Positions 1 through 14,400 of a stretch of 64,000 nucleotides of DNA are shown here, piece after piece. Both the position numbers and the translations under genes were made by a program. Every line of letters begins with the position of its first letter. Within the stretch, counting starts at the first letter, position 1. Location: positions 105,834,001 through 105,898,000 of the forward strand of contig OZ320313.1 of the NCBI GenBank assembly GCA_976226885.1, read 5' to 3'. A model generated the notes under the pieces. That model did no database searches. It saw nothing but the letters and a program-made list of their open reading frames with translations, and was not told the origin of the DNA. The stretch is from Iphione sp. A-MEVVRFRX5 (Eukaryota).

Positions 1-406
1 GGGGTCGTACTGTGGCATTCGACTGTCCACCGGTTAGCTCACACGAGAAACAAGTGTGCATGGCAGCGGTTGCTCTAGGCATCAATGCCAACATTATAAA
101 AACCAGGCAAGGGTTTATTATACATGTACAACATTAATGAGGGATATCTTTTATTTAACCTGGTCACATTGACCAGGGCCTATCACAGTGTACAATGAGT
201 AAATTGCATACTGTTATTTCCTAGAGACAAACCCTTGTTGACGAAATGAATAACTACTGGTAAGCAATAACAATTCTTCAAACCAATTAAATGTACTTGG
301 GAGATGTGTCTATGCCAAAGGTATTCACGCACGATTATATCCCTGACTTGTAATAACATTTCCCAGATATGATTGACCAAATAACTGGTTCCAGTGAGCC
401 ACTAAC

Positions 407-583
407 CTGTGGGGCTGAGCAGCTCCTTCAAGCAGGATCCATCACCGTACACGGCGTATCCGAGAACCTTGGCCCCGTTAGAAGTGCCAGCTGTTGTTAT
501 CGTCACTGGTAGCCACGTAACTAGAAGACTACCTTGTTGTGGCCCCGTCTCGACCTGAACATCTAGGGGTGCATCTGGGGTGC
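407..583 (-). CDS. RIMBP2: RIM-BP exon, FN3-3 [49 protein letters not shown]...SPT
   Basis: Acceptor tttctttcaacag, donor CAG|gttagt. Matches P..P.DV.V..G......VSW.P......G.SNGA.V.GY.VY. Confidence 0.95.
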
Positions 584-2063
584 CTGTTGAAAGAAATACA
601 TACTACAATATTCAACTACATATATTGATTTCATAACAAATACATAAATTAATACAGAATAATGAGCTAAAATGCTTGTAGTTGTACAGCAGCCACCCAC
701 CTAGTAGACAACTGGACTAGGATGACAACTCAGAACTGAGAACAAAGGGGAGCCTTATTCCTGACAGCTACCTATAACAGGACCTCATGCCTTGGGATAC
801 CAAAGACAGGGGACAACCTTAGAATGGTTACAGGTTTGGCTTGAGCAATATTACACTTTTGCTATACATAATACCACCTAGAACTTAGGACACCCCCTAC
901 ATGGGGACACTTTCACTGAGAACCGAGCATGCCCCAAGCTGTGAGGTTCTGATGTGGTTTTAGAAATGATCACTATGATTCATGTGGTAGGATGACCAAC
1001 CTGCTGAAGGTGTGATGAACTCCACACTCCGGGCGAGGTGTAATGTGGTGCCCGCTGGTTCAGGTGGTTGCGGTCTGACTGACACACGATGCCGGCAAGA
1101 AGGCGACAAACCTGTGTAGATTATGTCGAAGAGAATTATTTTGCTGGTCTTCAAGTATTAAGAACCTCTACAAGTACATATACATGTATTACTACCACCA
1201 AGAAAGTCTACTTCACTGCTTCTGTAAGCAGAAAGTTTTTTTGCATATTTGTCAATGTTAGACGTATTTGCTCCATAAATTGGTCATACTATAAATGTTT
1301 TACTTAGAAATGAATAATGGCATATTTTAAAAGATAAGAATAGGATTAAAAGAAACTGTTTTGTTTCCTTTATGCAACCGATGAATTTTGATTTTATATG
1401 ATCAAATATGGTGATATCTAGACAAGTATCCATTTTCATTGAAAAGGATTGCATACACATGTGTGTTTCTGTAAATCATTTTACTACCTTTCCTTGATAA
1501 CTCAGTGTAAATTCCCAAATTTCAATGAAATTGGAAACGTAGGTAATATTGTCGTCATTTAACTAAACAATGAGACAGAGATGAATAAATATTATCTCCG
1601 TAACGATATCATAATCTTCACACAAATATGATGATTTCTCTAAGTATGCTCCTTAAATTAGTAAGTTGTATAGTCATATTTCTTATTATTAGCTAGAATA
1701 ATTTGCTCAATTTTCTTGTGTTATGAGTGAGATTTATTTTCCGAGTCAGGTAATAGGTGCGTTTCCTTGTCTCTGGGTGAGTAACCTTTGTCCAAGGACG
1801 TCCCATTAGGCTTGATTTATGCCTTCAGCATTTGGAGAAGGAAAAAGAGCATTTGGAGGAGGTAGTGCCTGATGCACGTATTTGATCACACTTGTGTGTG
1901 CTAACCATAACTGCGCGATAAGATAAGAAGGCGTGCATAAATTGTGGTGTCATGATTCTATATGGATCTGTCTTTCCTCCTGCCCCTCTTCATCTCCTTC
2001 CCCAAACGTTGTCTTTCTCTTATCTGTCTGATATCAGCCATTCTCTGTCTCTCTGTCTCTCTG

Positions 2064-2127
<64 letters not shown>

Positions 2128-5100
2128 TCTCTCTTTTCCTGGACGCATTTCTATATTTCCATATCGAAGAAGGTTTGATACTCTTACTCTTCAGTCTTTG
2201 TCCATGTTTTTATCTTGTTATATACCCATCTTTCCCACCTCGCCCTACATGGTCCCTCGGCTTCTAAAGTGCAACTAGACTGACCAGGTTTTCCACTTGA
2301 TTCAATAAATTCCACTGCAGTTTCTGCATACATTTGAATCGCATTAACAAGAGTATATATACACTGACCCGTTAGTTGAACCCTGGTGACACCAGGGCGC
2401 GCTGTCCTCGTGTCTATGCCGTTGACAGCAATCACGTGCTCCATGTTACTGTCAGCTGGCATCCACGTGACCGTTGCTGACGTAGCTGTGACGTTACTCA
2501 TCTTTACGTCGGTGACGGCCAAGTCTGCTTCTTTGAGGAGGAAAAGAAGCAGTAACATATTTTGATTTATTATAACTGGGTGAATATCTCTAGCGGGAAA
2601 TGGGATAAAATTTGGGAAGTATGGTTGCTTAGGGTAATAGTTGGGCCAAACTTTACTGAATCATCTAAATCTCACATACGACAGGTGTCACTCTATCCAG
2701 ACACAAAGTTTGCCCTCCATCGTCATGATGGAGCCACTCCCAGGTAATCTTTCTCAATCACTGTCACAATGAAGGCCTACGTTACAGGGGAGGACCCCCC
2801 CCCCACGAAGTACATGTATGTAGGCCCAGTACGGATATAATTGTGCATCGCGGAGCTTCTGAATACAGGTCCGATTGTAATGTATCACTAGGTAATATTA
2901 ACAGCCCGTAAAAGAAGGAATGAATCTTGTGATGTCACCGGGCGCTTATAAATGTATTCTTATAAACATGTATGTGCACATACACACATCCAGGCCCACA
3001 AGGGGGTGATTTCCATGCATTCACCACACAAGCAGCCACACATGGCTGACACCACTTTCTACTAAGTATTTACTATTGAATTCCCCCCAAAGGGTTAACA
3101 TAAAATGTTAAATAACATACATGTGCTTATCGTCTCAAATGGATAAGGCAACAGAGGGATAAGGAGATATTAATTTTATAATTAATAGCCTTTATATATG
3201 TATATAATGTTAAGTAACAAGTCTGCATCAGTATATAACTATTATAGATTAAATAAAGCTGCTCAGATATGTTTCACAACAGCATACAAATATAGATGGT
3301 AAAGTTTAATATGACTGGTTATAGAATACTACCTTTCCCAATGACAAGTGTGCACTCGGAATCAAGGGACTGGCCTCTCGCAGTCTGAGTTCGAATCGAT
3401 ATTCGGTGGGGCTATATGAAAAGAGAACATTGAATGCAAGTGAATTAAGAATAATAATAATTTGTTTATCTGACCCATCTACGTTGGATCTGATACACAG
3501 AGGTATATGAAGTATACAGGTATCATTTACAAAGTATTCCCTTGGGCGGTAAGCTGTTCCAGCTTTGGGGAATAGATATACATGTACTTGATGAATGGAA
3601 TAATTCTTTAAACCACAAAAATAGATCTGGGGGTCATTGTATGCAGGCCTGTGGTACTCAGAAACAATATACAACTGTATGTGAACAACTTTAAAATATT
3701 CAGACGATTGAGGCTGGTCAGTAGAAAGCAGATATCATGAGGTCCAAATGGGGCAAGTGCCTGGTTATTTTTCTCTGCTAATACAATTTCTTTCTTGCTG
3801 TCTCAGGAACAGCACATAATTGTTATTACATGGAACTCCCCCTTAGGAGACCACCGGTGTCACTGGAGACATTTGGTCTCTCTCGTGGTCTGCTCTCCTC
3901 TATAATCTCTTTTAGTACAGAAATGTATATATACATGTACATGCATTTGATTCTGTTAACATCTCTTCCCCGGTCTGGTCTCCTCCGTGAGGAGGTCCTC
4001 ACTTGAGAGGTGATAGTATAGTATTACCTGTGTGGAGGACACCCCTTCCAGCAGAGCCTTAGTCCTCTCTGTGCCCCGCACCGACGTGCGCAGCTGCCCG
4101 TCCACATAGACGTGGTAAGACTGGACGTCCGTGGGGCGCAGACCGGTAGGGGCGCTCCAACTGACAACCACACTATTCGTCAGCTGGCGGTCCAACTGTA
4201 ACCGGGTGGGCCAAGGGATTCCTGCAGCACAAGCAAAACACCGTAAACAATGGGAGTCTTACTGTTATTTTCATCAGTATTTGTTATAAAAGGGATGCGT
4301 GCAAAGTAGAACATAGCAACCCGGGTCAGTTGCCAGACCAGCTATACTCTCGTCAGATTCCTGGGAGAGAATCAAGATAAGTCAATACAGATTGCATTGT
4401 ATTGGCTGAACGAAAGGACTGGAACAGTTCCTTTCCTGAGTAGAACTGAAAAAAAGCACTGAGGCATGATAATGCATAATTGACAGGACCTACATTACAA
4501 ATTAAAGGTTAGAAACATAGTGAATTAGGCTTTGATTTTTTCTTTGAATCAGCTTCATCAATTCACCAAAATCACACCTAGAGCAGAAGTCCGATGAAAA
4601 AGAACGGCATTCATCAATGTCATAATCATATACATTTTAGTTGCGTGTACAAGAGTCAAACACATTCCAGACAGATGACTGGAGGATCAGACAGCAGTAT
4701 TGCCAGGTTCATCCAAAGGTCAGGGGTACAACAATGCTATCACATGTTTGTCAGATAGCAGTCCAACTATATACTACCCAGCTTTGGGTTTCTTGGAAAA
4801 GAAAGTACTGTAAATAATACAATTATTAGTTGGAAACAAAAACGTAGCATTACGTACACCTATACTGTTACACAGCAGGCAGGTGCGTCATACAGAAGTC
4901 AGCCTTGCTGTTCTTGGAGTTGACGGGAACATTGAAAATACTATAGCTACTACTACAGGCATACCTCTGTTAATAAAGTAGGTATGTTCTGAACTTCGTT
5001 GTCAGAAATTTCGTCAACAGAAGCGTAATAGAGCCCTCGCTGAGGTGGGGAACATCTACCTCTGACCGAGTAGGAGACCAGCTATTGCCTGGCCAAAAAG

Positions 5101-5442
5101 ACGGTAAATGTTTTACACTAATCAGTCTTTGAAGTTTTCTCGGCAGCGAGTTGCGTTTATAAAATTCACTAATTTAGCACTAATCCAGAATATATTTAAT
5201 TCAGGGAACAACCATTCTCTGAATTGAGAGACGACGCATTGAAAAAGGTTCGCTGTCAAAAAACAGTGCTTTTCAAAATTCAAATTACATCTCTTTTTCC
5301 GCATCCTTTCCATACAGACCCATATGCAATATAGTTAAAGTAAACTTTTCTTTTAGAACCAACTAGTAAGCTACTGGTGCCATCTAAAAGTCTGTGACGA
5401 CAATAGCGCTCAAGATAACACGAACAGCATTTCATTTCAATC

Positions 5443-5489
<47 letters not shown>

Positions 5490-8400
5490 CAGCTTTAAAT
5501 ACAGGAATATTCCCATTAGTGAATGAGATGCGTTCGACGAAATCACTTCATTGTAGGAAACTTCGTTACCAGAGGCATACTGTTTGAGCAGTGATTTTTA
5601 AGACTCTTTGCTTTACAATTTTCAATTATTCCCGTTTCTTTATTGAGTCATATGTTTGTATGCATTTAAAAAATTGACAAATAGTGGTCTCAGGCCGCAA
5701 AATCTGTGGATACAGCCATCTTCATTATAAAGAGTCTTAGTTCTCAGAAGATTCGTTCAGCCTAGAGGTATATCTGGACATGTAAAAGAGTTAATATACA
5801 AATCCGACCGATCAATTAACAGCGCCAATTACCAATATTCAACATTGTCTGGCTGTTCAGTGCACACATATGGCATAAGCAACCCCTTTCACATGCTTTT
5901 AGCATGTCCTGTGGTTTTGCTTTCACAGTCTAGGCTTACCTTTGTAAGGCTCTGTCTGGAGGTTAGTGAGGCTGGACGCACGGTCGAGCTCCTCTTCACA
6001 TTCCTCGATGTCCTCTAGGTCACTGAGCAGCTCCACAGACTTCTGCTTTACCTTCCCTGGGTCGTCTAAAGAGGACACCAAATAGAGGGAAAAAAACTCT
6101 AGGTCAAACTGATTTCTTTTTCAAGTTCATATCAAGAATGTGTTAGGATTATAAATTCAATAGCATATACCAGTTTGATGGAAGGTTAGAAACATATACA
6201 TGTAAAACTTATAAATGATCGTGCGATAAATTTCACATGTTTGGATCAAATAATATGTTTAATACACAGGCCCGTATAAGGCTTCTATGAACATTGATCC
6301 AGTATCCAAAAATAAGACCCTCTTACCCAAAAGAAAATAAGGTAACGGAACTGTGCATTTATTCAAAACGAGATACTGACTCGACCCTTAATTCCTTCTG
6401 TAATCTTCGATATCATAAAGTAAACGTCCAACGAAATGTCCAACTAGATCTTGGATAAGCCGACGCATCAACACAATTTCGTCTTCTCCGAAATCAGGTA
6501 TGAACACACAGACCCCTGCCCTCTCTTGTGTGTCCCCCTGTACTCCGCGCATTCCTGGCCAGCGACTCTGTCTTTGAGGGACTCCCCGTGGTGACGGCTG
6601 TAATATTCCAGGGACTGAGAGCACTATGAATAATCAAAAGCTCGGCGCTGTCCGACAATACCTCCAGGCCAAATCCTAAGAGTGGCATTGGCTTCAATAA
6701 AGAAAGCGGCTTTTTTGTGCCGGGCCACTGATATGGACCGATTTCCATAATATGAAGCCTGGCGGTAGCGCGCCAGCCCCATAGTACCTGCCATCGCGCG
6801 AGAACATGGCGAGACGTGATTTATGTTCGGGGCTCATCTCGCTCCATCTGCAGCACATACGATCTCTGGTCACGAGATGTCTTATCACCAGGCGGCATCT
6901 CCATCAGATAATCTCGGTAATCACAACAGACCAGGTTTACCTGGCGTTGGCCGGGAGGTGTACCGTAAAACCCTTGACAAAATAAGCAGCAGCATGTCAA
7001 GTCTCTACGTGTACATCTCACCTTTATTTCTGGGTTTCTGGGCTTTGGGTACTCCGTGCTTACATTCAAGCGCAAAAGAAAATGCTCGAAGTCACAGTTG
7101 CATAAGTAGTGACATGCATAATAGCAGCTGCATTTGCGAAGTGCCTATATTACCACATTTCTGTCCTCATACATGTACTTTCAAGGAAAACCCCCAAATA
7201 GAAGCCACATTCAAACGTGGGAAGCCACATCAACGGTTTGCACCTGTTCACTGTTTTTTTCACGGTTATGTTCTTTAATTGAGGTGCTTTGTATCCAAAC
7301 CCCGCGTGTATGTTTAAGGTTAACGCCTTGATACATAGGAGCTATGGCTTCCGATTGGATGTTTTTTACGGTATAGTTAAGGATCAATCCGATCAATATA
7401 CTGCTCTGCTAAGGAGGGGAGGAGTACATTTCAAAAAGTGATTGTGGGACATATCACTTAGACCTAGCTACAACAACACCCATCATCGGATTAATACATG
7501 TACATCAACAAGAGATAAGTGGCACAATATGGTCCCCTTATCAGGTCAGTAACTGTGGCGTTCTTGGGGTACGTCCTAGCCACAGTTCTAAACACCCCGC
7601 CGGTCCCACACATATTTTTATCCTAGTGAATGAGCACTTTTTCTACTTGCTGATAATCATATAAATTACCATATCTATGATGATAAATTTGTGCAGTGTA
7701 TGCCATATGATAAATAATCAGATACATTTGCACAAAACTCTAAAGGAAAGAAACCTGTAAGGCACATTAAATATCAAACCATGAACTAAATACCGCCGAA
7801 TCAGGTGGACCCGTTTATAAGGGTTGAGAGTACTTTTTTAATTGAGAGTATATAACTGTTAGTGATAAGATGGACCCAGTTTATGAGAGTTGACAGTATA
7901 TAAGTGTTAGTGATATTGCTTGACTAGCTAAATAGGTTTATCTTATGAGCGTCTGGCATGTTTTTGTTAAGAAATTACATGCACTGTTTAGAGGTGTATA
8001 ACTCCGATCCTATCTGTAATAGAGGAGAGAGATACACTGCACCATGACTAAGTATGTGATTTGGAGTATATTCCCATAAAAGCCAGGCGTAAGTTGCAGA
8101 AAATGGTAGGTTGGTAACAATTTTTTTTAAACGTAGAGGTGTTCTTTTTATAAGGGAAAATAGAAATAACCATCACCGAAGGTAGCAGCGGAGCCCGTAT
8201 AAATGGAATAATTCCTCTTAAGATGAATGGAAATGTAGGTAGGGAATCAGAGCGCCTTGAGTTTAGATCAGAGTGAAAGATGGATAAATAAATAATATGG
8301 TGAAGGGGATACTACAAACAGGATAAGCTTACCGAAAGGCTCAAAGTCTATGAAGTCTACAAATCACAAAAAGACACATTTTCACAAACAACACTTAAAA

Positions 8401-11400
8401 CACTCGTTTGTAACAAGCGGTGCACACCTTCACATCAACAACATACTTCTTTAAGACAGATTCCATTCCCGATTGGAGATTCTAATCAGCCTCAAACACA
8501 CTTATACACGCGTTAGTAGCTGTATATTTTTCGCACTGTGGGGAACAGTACAATGTACACGAAATACAATGTCCAACATTTTTGGTCAAGTTTAGTGTGG
8601 TGTTAAGACGTCCCCATTTTCGGGACAGGACATAATTGTTCTCTGTCATGGATTATACATGTAGAGATATTCTCGGGAATGGAACCTTTCATACGTCAGG
8701 CACACATCGTAAAACTTGGGCCAAGATCAAAGGCATTAACCATCATTTTGGTCTACTTTGTCTGTTGATCAGTTAAAAGAAAGGATCACTCACTGGTATT
8801 GTCATTGACATCTACCGTAACAGACACATAGCTGGTCAAGGTCATTGAAGCATGTTTGACTAAGTGAGATCACCGATCCATTTACCTAATTCCACTATTT
8901 TCTTCTTACCACTTCACATGCGAGTTCAACAAAAAATTGCATTTTTCTAGTGTCAATACCAAAGATGTAGTTCTTTAGTCAAGCATGATCGATCACCTTA
9001 AGACACCAAAACCGACATCTACTGAGTATAGTTGGATTTTAAATACTGATAAAAACACAACAGCGTTACTGAAGCATAAAGACGTGTGTGTAAGTCATGG
9101 CGGTAGTCCTCGACTGGAGGCGAGTGAACACTAAATTATTAATGAAGTAAGACACATCAGCAACACACCAGTAACCGCTTTCCTGTAGCAATTATAGGTC
9201 TATTGCTAATGTGTCGCATTAATTGAAACACCACACAATAAGGGGCGGGGCTTCCTACCAGAGAGGTCAGCGACGCGTTCCGACTCGTCACTGGAGTTGA
9301 ACTCCAGCTCCTGGTGCAGGCTGCCGCTGTGGCTGGAGTCCTCCTGGGAGCCCGTGCCTCCTGCAAGCGCTGCCTGGAGGTCCTCCAGGTCCTCCTCTGC
9401 AAGATGGGAAAGAATGCAGCAGGTGCATGGTGACTGGCTTGTAACACTGAGAACAGGACCAGATCCGGTGTCCCCCGCCCGCAGACATCCCTGGGGAGGT
9501 GGCACGTTCCTTAATATGGACACATATACAAATACATACAGTGTGCATGTATAATGTCATCACCAGTTCTTTTTATATACACAAGAGGGAACAACAAAAG
9601 AACGTCATCCCCATCTTGAAACGCGTCTTCTTTTGCATTTTAAACGCTTACACATTAACTACAAAGAAAGCGAGTTTTCCAACCACAAATCGAATGGTCA
9701 TTATAGCACTTTCATCGATCACATCTGGGCCTGAAAACAAACCCAATCATACTGGCACGGTTACTACTTGGGTATGGTGATTGGTGTGACAATCTACTAG
9801 ACTGGACACTGTGCCAGGCAGCCATGAACCGCTCCCCATCATACCACACTGTGGCTTGTTATCAAACGTTTGGTGGAATAAAAAAAGCTAGCAGTAAGGA
9901 TGAATGACACTGCAATAAGTTTATCAAGCTTCAAGACATTTACGCTGAACGAGATAAAAATTACATTTAGGTTTAGCTTTGAGTGAAATATAAAGCTGAA
10001 GCGCAGATTAGAGTGGCAATTTGTGAAGAAGAAAAACGTGAAACGCAAGGGCTAGTCATATTGGTAGGTATCGACCAACTGTAATCAATACGAGTAGTAC
10101 AAGCAAGTGTACAGCGACATCTATTGAGTAAAAGGGGAATTATCCTGTGGTACTCGGAGAAGTTCTACGCTGCAAGGTTGTAGAGGGACCACTTGAATCA
10201 AATGCAAAAAATGCTCACTTCAAACAAGGTGGAGAATGATACAAGAAAGCAGTTCAAATGGGTTCAGTTACGTGATAATACTGGATTGACTTTTGGAGCC
10301 CTTTTTTACTGAACAGTTTGCACTAAGTACAGTATGGCAATTACTAAAACCTAACTGGGATTAGTTTGGTAAGAGAGTGGTACCGATTAACCTTACCAAC
10401 TAGCATGTTATTTATTTTGTTCTCCATTTATATGCCTATCATACTGTCAGCGTAAAATATACAAATTTTTCTATATTACAGTGGACTTGCTCTGAGACTG
10501 TATACATAATATATACCTAGTTATATGGACAATTACTGTGACAAGCACATGATACAACTTCGCGGAAGGTACCTGCGACTATTGTTCGGTGTAAGTGTGT
10601 GTTGGGGTCCCAGGGCAAGTTATATAACCAACATGACCATTGTTTGGAGGGCAGCTAAGGGAAATCCGTCTTCTCGTGCTAGTGGTACTTATTTCATGTA
10701 ATAACATATCGTATTATGTAACAATGTTGTCAAAGGGATTCATAAATATAGCTATGAAAGTATCCGGGAGCCATCACAAACTCATACGTACAAGTCCAAT
10801 GGCGAATTGTATGTTTTAGTCGGATAACCCAATAGTTCGATATGCAACGTGTTTAGAGCTACCTACAAAGACTAATTAGCGTCGACGACAACCATATATG
10901 TAGCAGTGATGAAAGCCATTTAGACCGATGGTAGTATATATTGTGAGACTATACACAAAAAGCAGCTCAGGTTGCTTAAGTCCTAGGCACTGATGTAGTT
11001 CTTCGTTCTAGGCACTGGCCTCCTACTATAACTAGCTCGGTGAGGTAAGCGGGGTTTACATGTGGGGGCTAGAATTCTAGAACTGGACTGATGAGTAAAT
11101 ATGTAGAGAGAACAAAGACCTGAAGAATCAGGTAATGCAGGAAAGTGACTGGACAACTGGGAATGGCTGAGAGGTAATATGTAAGAAGACCGAGGATAAA
11201 ACTGGGCACTTCAGCCAAAACTAGACAGCCTGCCTCGTAGGAGGCTACAACAAAGATACTATGAACAGCCTACTTGACACAAGCGAGCTAAAATTTATTC
11301 CCCTTTCATTAAATATTCGACATGGAAAGCTTTAATTAAGCAAGAGGAAAAAGTTTTGTATATGTGTAAATATTTGTTCAGTCACGGTTATGACCAACTT

Positions 11401-14400
11401 CGGATGATAACTTTTAGGATGAACGTAAACTTATATTCTTCTGTAGAGATTTTACAAGATATACTCCTACAAATTTTGTTATTTTATAAATAATACAGCA
11501 GTTCAGAGAACTGAAGTATTACCAATGTATATGACAGGCATGCAAACTTTTGAATCAGTTAAGAAGTGCATGTGTACATTTGCATGTTCTTTATGAATGA
11601 TATAAACAGGGTGAAAACAAAACTTACAAAAGCTTGACTAGACTTGACATATGTTTGTATCAAACAAATCTCAGAAAGTGTAAGAAGTACAATGGAAGTA
11701 GAGCGACTGCTTTAAGTGTGAGTGGCCACTTTTGTACAACAAAAAATGTTGTATAGCACCGCCCCTCTTGTTAGTGCGCGTCAGTGTAGTCTATTCGTGG
11801 CATAGGGATACATACGAAGTGTAAGCTTTATGTGTTGTGTCCCTTAATGAGTTGATGCCTTTAATCCCCCGCCCCCTTTGCTCCACTTGGGTGATACGCA
11901 TGTGCTCATTCCGTCCAACCGATGTGGAGACAGATATGTATTGCGAATCTATGTCATACTAGTTAGTCGAGTAAACCACCTGGGGTTCAGTCAGTATCAC
12001 GTGAGGGGTTTTCAAATCAACAAAACACTGACCTATCACGACTGTTTTTCAGAATTCGCTTTTTATCTTGTGCCTGATCTTTTTGTTTTCAAAGTTACTA
12101 TTGCTGGACCAAAACGCACCTGATTATCAGTATTCATGCACTCTATAAAAGAAGTCTTATTGCTTCAGTTTCAAACTAAAATACGGATTAAGATGGCAAG
12201 AATTTAAATATAACAAAATTGTTTGCCTTCATAGTAGACTGTGATGAAATCTTAAACTATATTTTGACCTGTGATATCCTTATTTCAAGTCCGAACAGTC
12301 CAGTGAAATAAGACATGTTTGTTAAATTCACGAGGTGGTCCGTCATGAGTCTTAGTTTAGTCAGTATGGTTCTATTAGAATTTATGTCGACAAGTGGTGC
12401 ATCAGATTAACTAGTATGGATTTCGATTCTCAATACATGGCGAAATTATAGTTCTTTGGTGATCTGCACATATTTCAAGCTGTGATGCTCTTAAAACAAA
12501 GTAACATCGGCCAGTAATAAGACACATTGAGGCAGGAGGTAATTAATACTCTCCGCAAAAGGACGCAGATATATCACCTGGAGAAGACGAAAAAAATAAA
12601 ACCACAAGAACATGCACTTCTGCTCAAGCCAACAGCGGAGTGGGGGGGAGCCACATGTGTCCGAGGACTAGAGATAGTCGACTTACTGTGGTTGGTATGT
12701 GGCGAAAGTTTAAATTGTCTAAGTATGACGGCCGACCTGCTGGAGCCTGGGAAGATCCAACGGGGGCTGAGGTTAAATCTATGATCATACGGCAGTGAAG
12801 TGGCTACGAGACACGCTTGGTAAACTGCGAGGATTAGTGACCTGCTAGTTTCCTACGTAGCCGTTAGGTGGCATCGAGAGGTACTTTAACCACACTCGTT
12901 CTTGCTGTCTTTTAGGTGTTACTCGTGGAAGGCAAAAACTACAGTGTTTTGTTTTTAAGCTCGTCGGTCTGAAGAAGTGAGCTCACCTGGAACAGCCTCA
13001 ACGAAGTTAGACGGCACCAGACCTCGTCGTCCGTCCGTAAGCTCCGCCTCAAAGAAGCCATCCTGGACAACAGAACAGATGCAATGAAGTTAGGCGTCAC
13101 GTGGCGTCATGAGTTCTTAACCTTTTTTCAGCTGCGATCCAAATATGGCATACATATTGAAGACCTGATGACTCAAACTTCAATATAATCCCAAGGGAAA
13201 ACAATACTCAGTAAATCCTTGCCGACACACTCCAAATGACATGGTAACCAAAAATTCAGTTGTGACCAAGGGGTAGAGGGCCCCTGCTTTATGTGGAAGT
13301 AAATACTTCCGAGAAGCATGGGACATACAAATTATTCTTCTGCAAAGTGCTCAGCGTAGATTCATTTTCACAACAAAGGAAATGTTTTACTCTTTGAAAC
13401 AGTATACTTTAACATTTATGAGGTGTTTCGATGCCATTTGATAACAATGACAGCCAATGATTTCTTACATACAGTTTTTCATTTAAAGAACGATAGACAT
13501 ACATCCACACGTTTACATAGGACCATGGAATTGCACACATTAACACACAGTTAGATAATAAATATATGGCATAGTTGCATTAAAACACATCAATTTTATC
13601 AGGAGGAGATATGTATTTGTTCTTTGCATTTTGCTATAGTGCACCTACGCCTGTACATCACTGCATTTCAAACAAAAGCTTTGGTCTATATCTATCATAA
13701 TCCAGGAGGACGCAGACACCCACAAAGATATCATAACTAAGATTATTATACTCCTATGCCAGTTTAATGACTATGTGCTGTATGGGTATTAGGGCGTCCA
13801 AACAGCATGTTGTTCGGACCGATGTGACGCTGTTCAAACGGTCATGTTGTTCAGACTACCGTGTGCACTGTCCCCTAGTGTCTTTAAATTCAAATATTAA
13901 CCTTCCCTTCATATTTTATCACTCTACAAGATACAGCATTAATTAAAGTTTGCATATACAGGTGTTTCAGAACAAGAATGAATACCTTTTAATCCCTAAT
14001 AAATACTCATATTTTCCAAATATCTGATCCTCTCGCAAACTTGAATGATGATATCACAATGTGTATGCTTTACTACTACGATTCGATTTTTAATGAGAGA
14101 AATACTGAAAAAATAGAGCATTTCAGGGAAGCTAAAGAAGAGAAAAGATTACATCTGGCATATACCCGCATTTTAGAAAAAGAACGAATCAATTTAAGCC
14201 ATAATTATCCTACCTTTTTGCAATACAAGATCCACTGACAAACAGGAAATATGGGCACGAGTATTACACATCCCAAGAAGTCTAAACAAACTCCTATGAG
14301 ACTTCATACAACACCGAGACGTACATCAACATTGTCAGCTTCTTTCTATGCTCTAGAAGTGAATATGCTAAGGCTTTGGACTATAATTTTAATTTTGTAT

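Noticed and set aside
1-380. Next RIM-BP exon (end of FN3-3)
   Set aside because: No segment with proper splice sites matched the expected continuation; it probably lies outside the window.
1740-1830. WW-domain-like [17 protein letters not shown] on the minus strand
   Set aside because: Short, no splice signals, and not part of RIM-BP architecture. Likely chance.
1952-2278. LSLSLS ORFs here and at 5280-5546, 32273-32698; poly-Pro ORF at 38526-38906
   Set aside because: Translations of (CT)n/(GA)n/(CCT)n microsatellites.
4195-4221. Apparent frameshift at the start of the FN3-1 exon
   Set aside because: Re-reading across the line break gives GGA ATC CCT TGG CCC ACC CGG TTA CAG TTG GAC, which is in frame. 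There is no error.
6643-6653. REST/RE1 half-site GGCGCTGTCCG (another half-site TTCAGCACC at ~51478)
   Set aside because: Only isolated half-sites; no full RE1 found.
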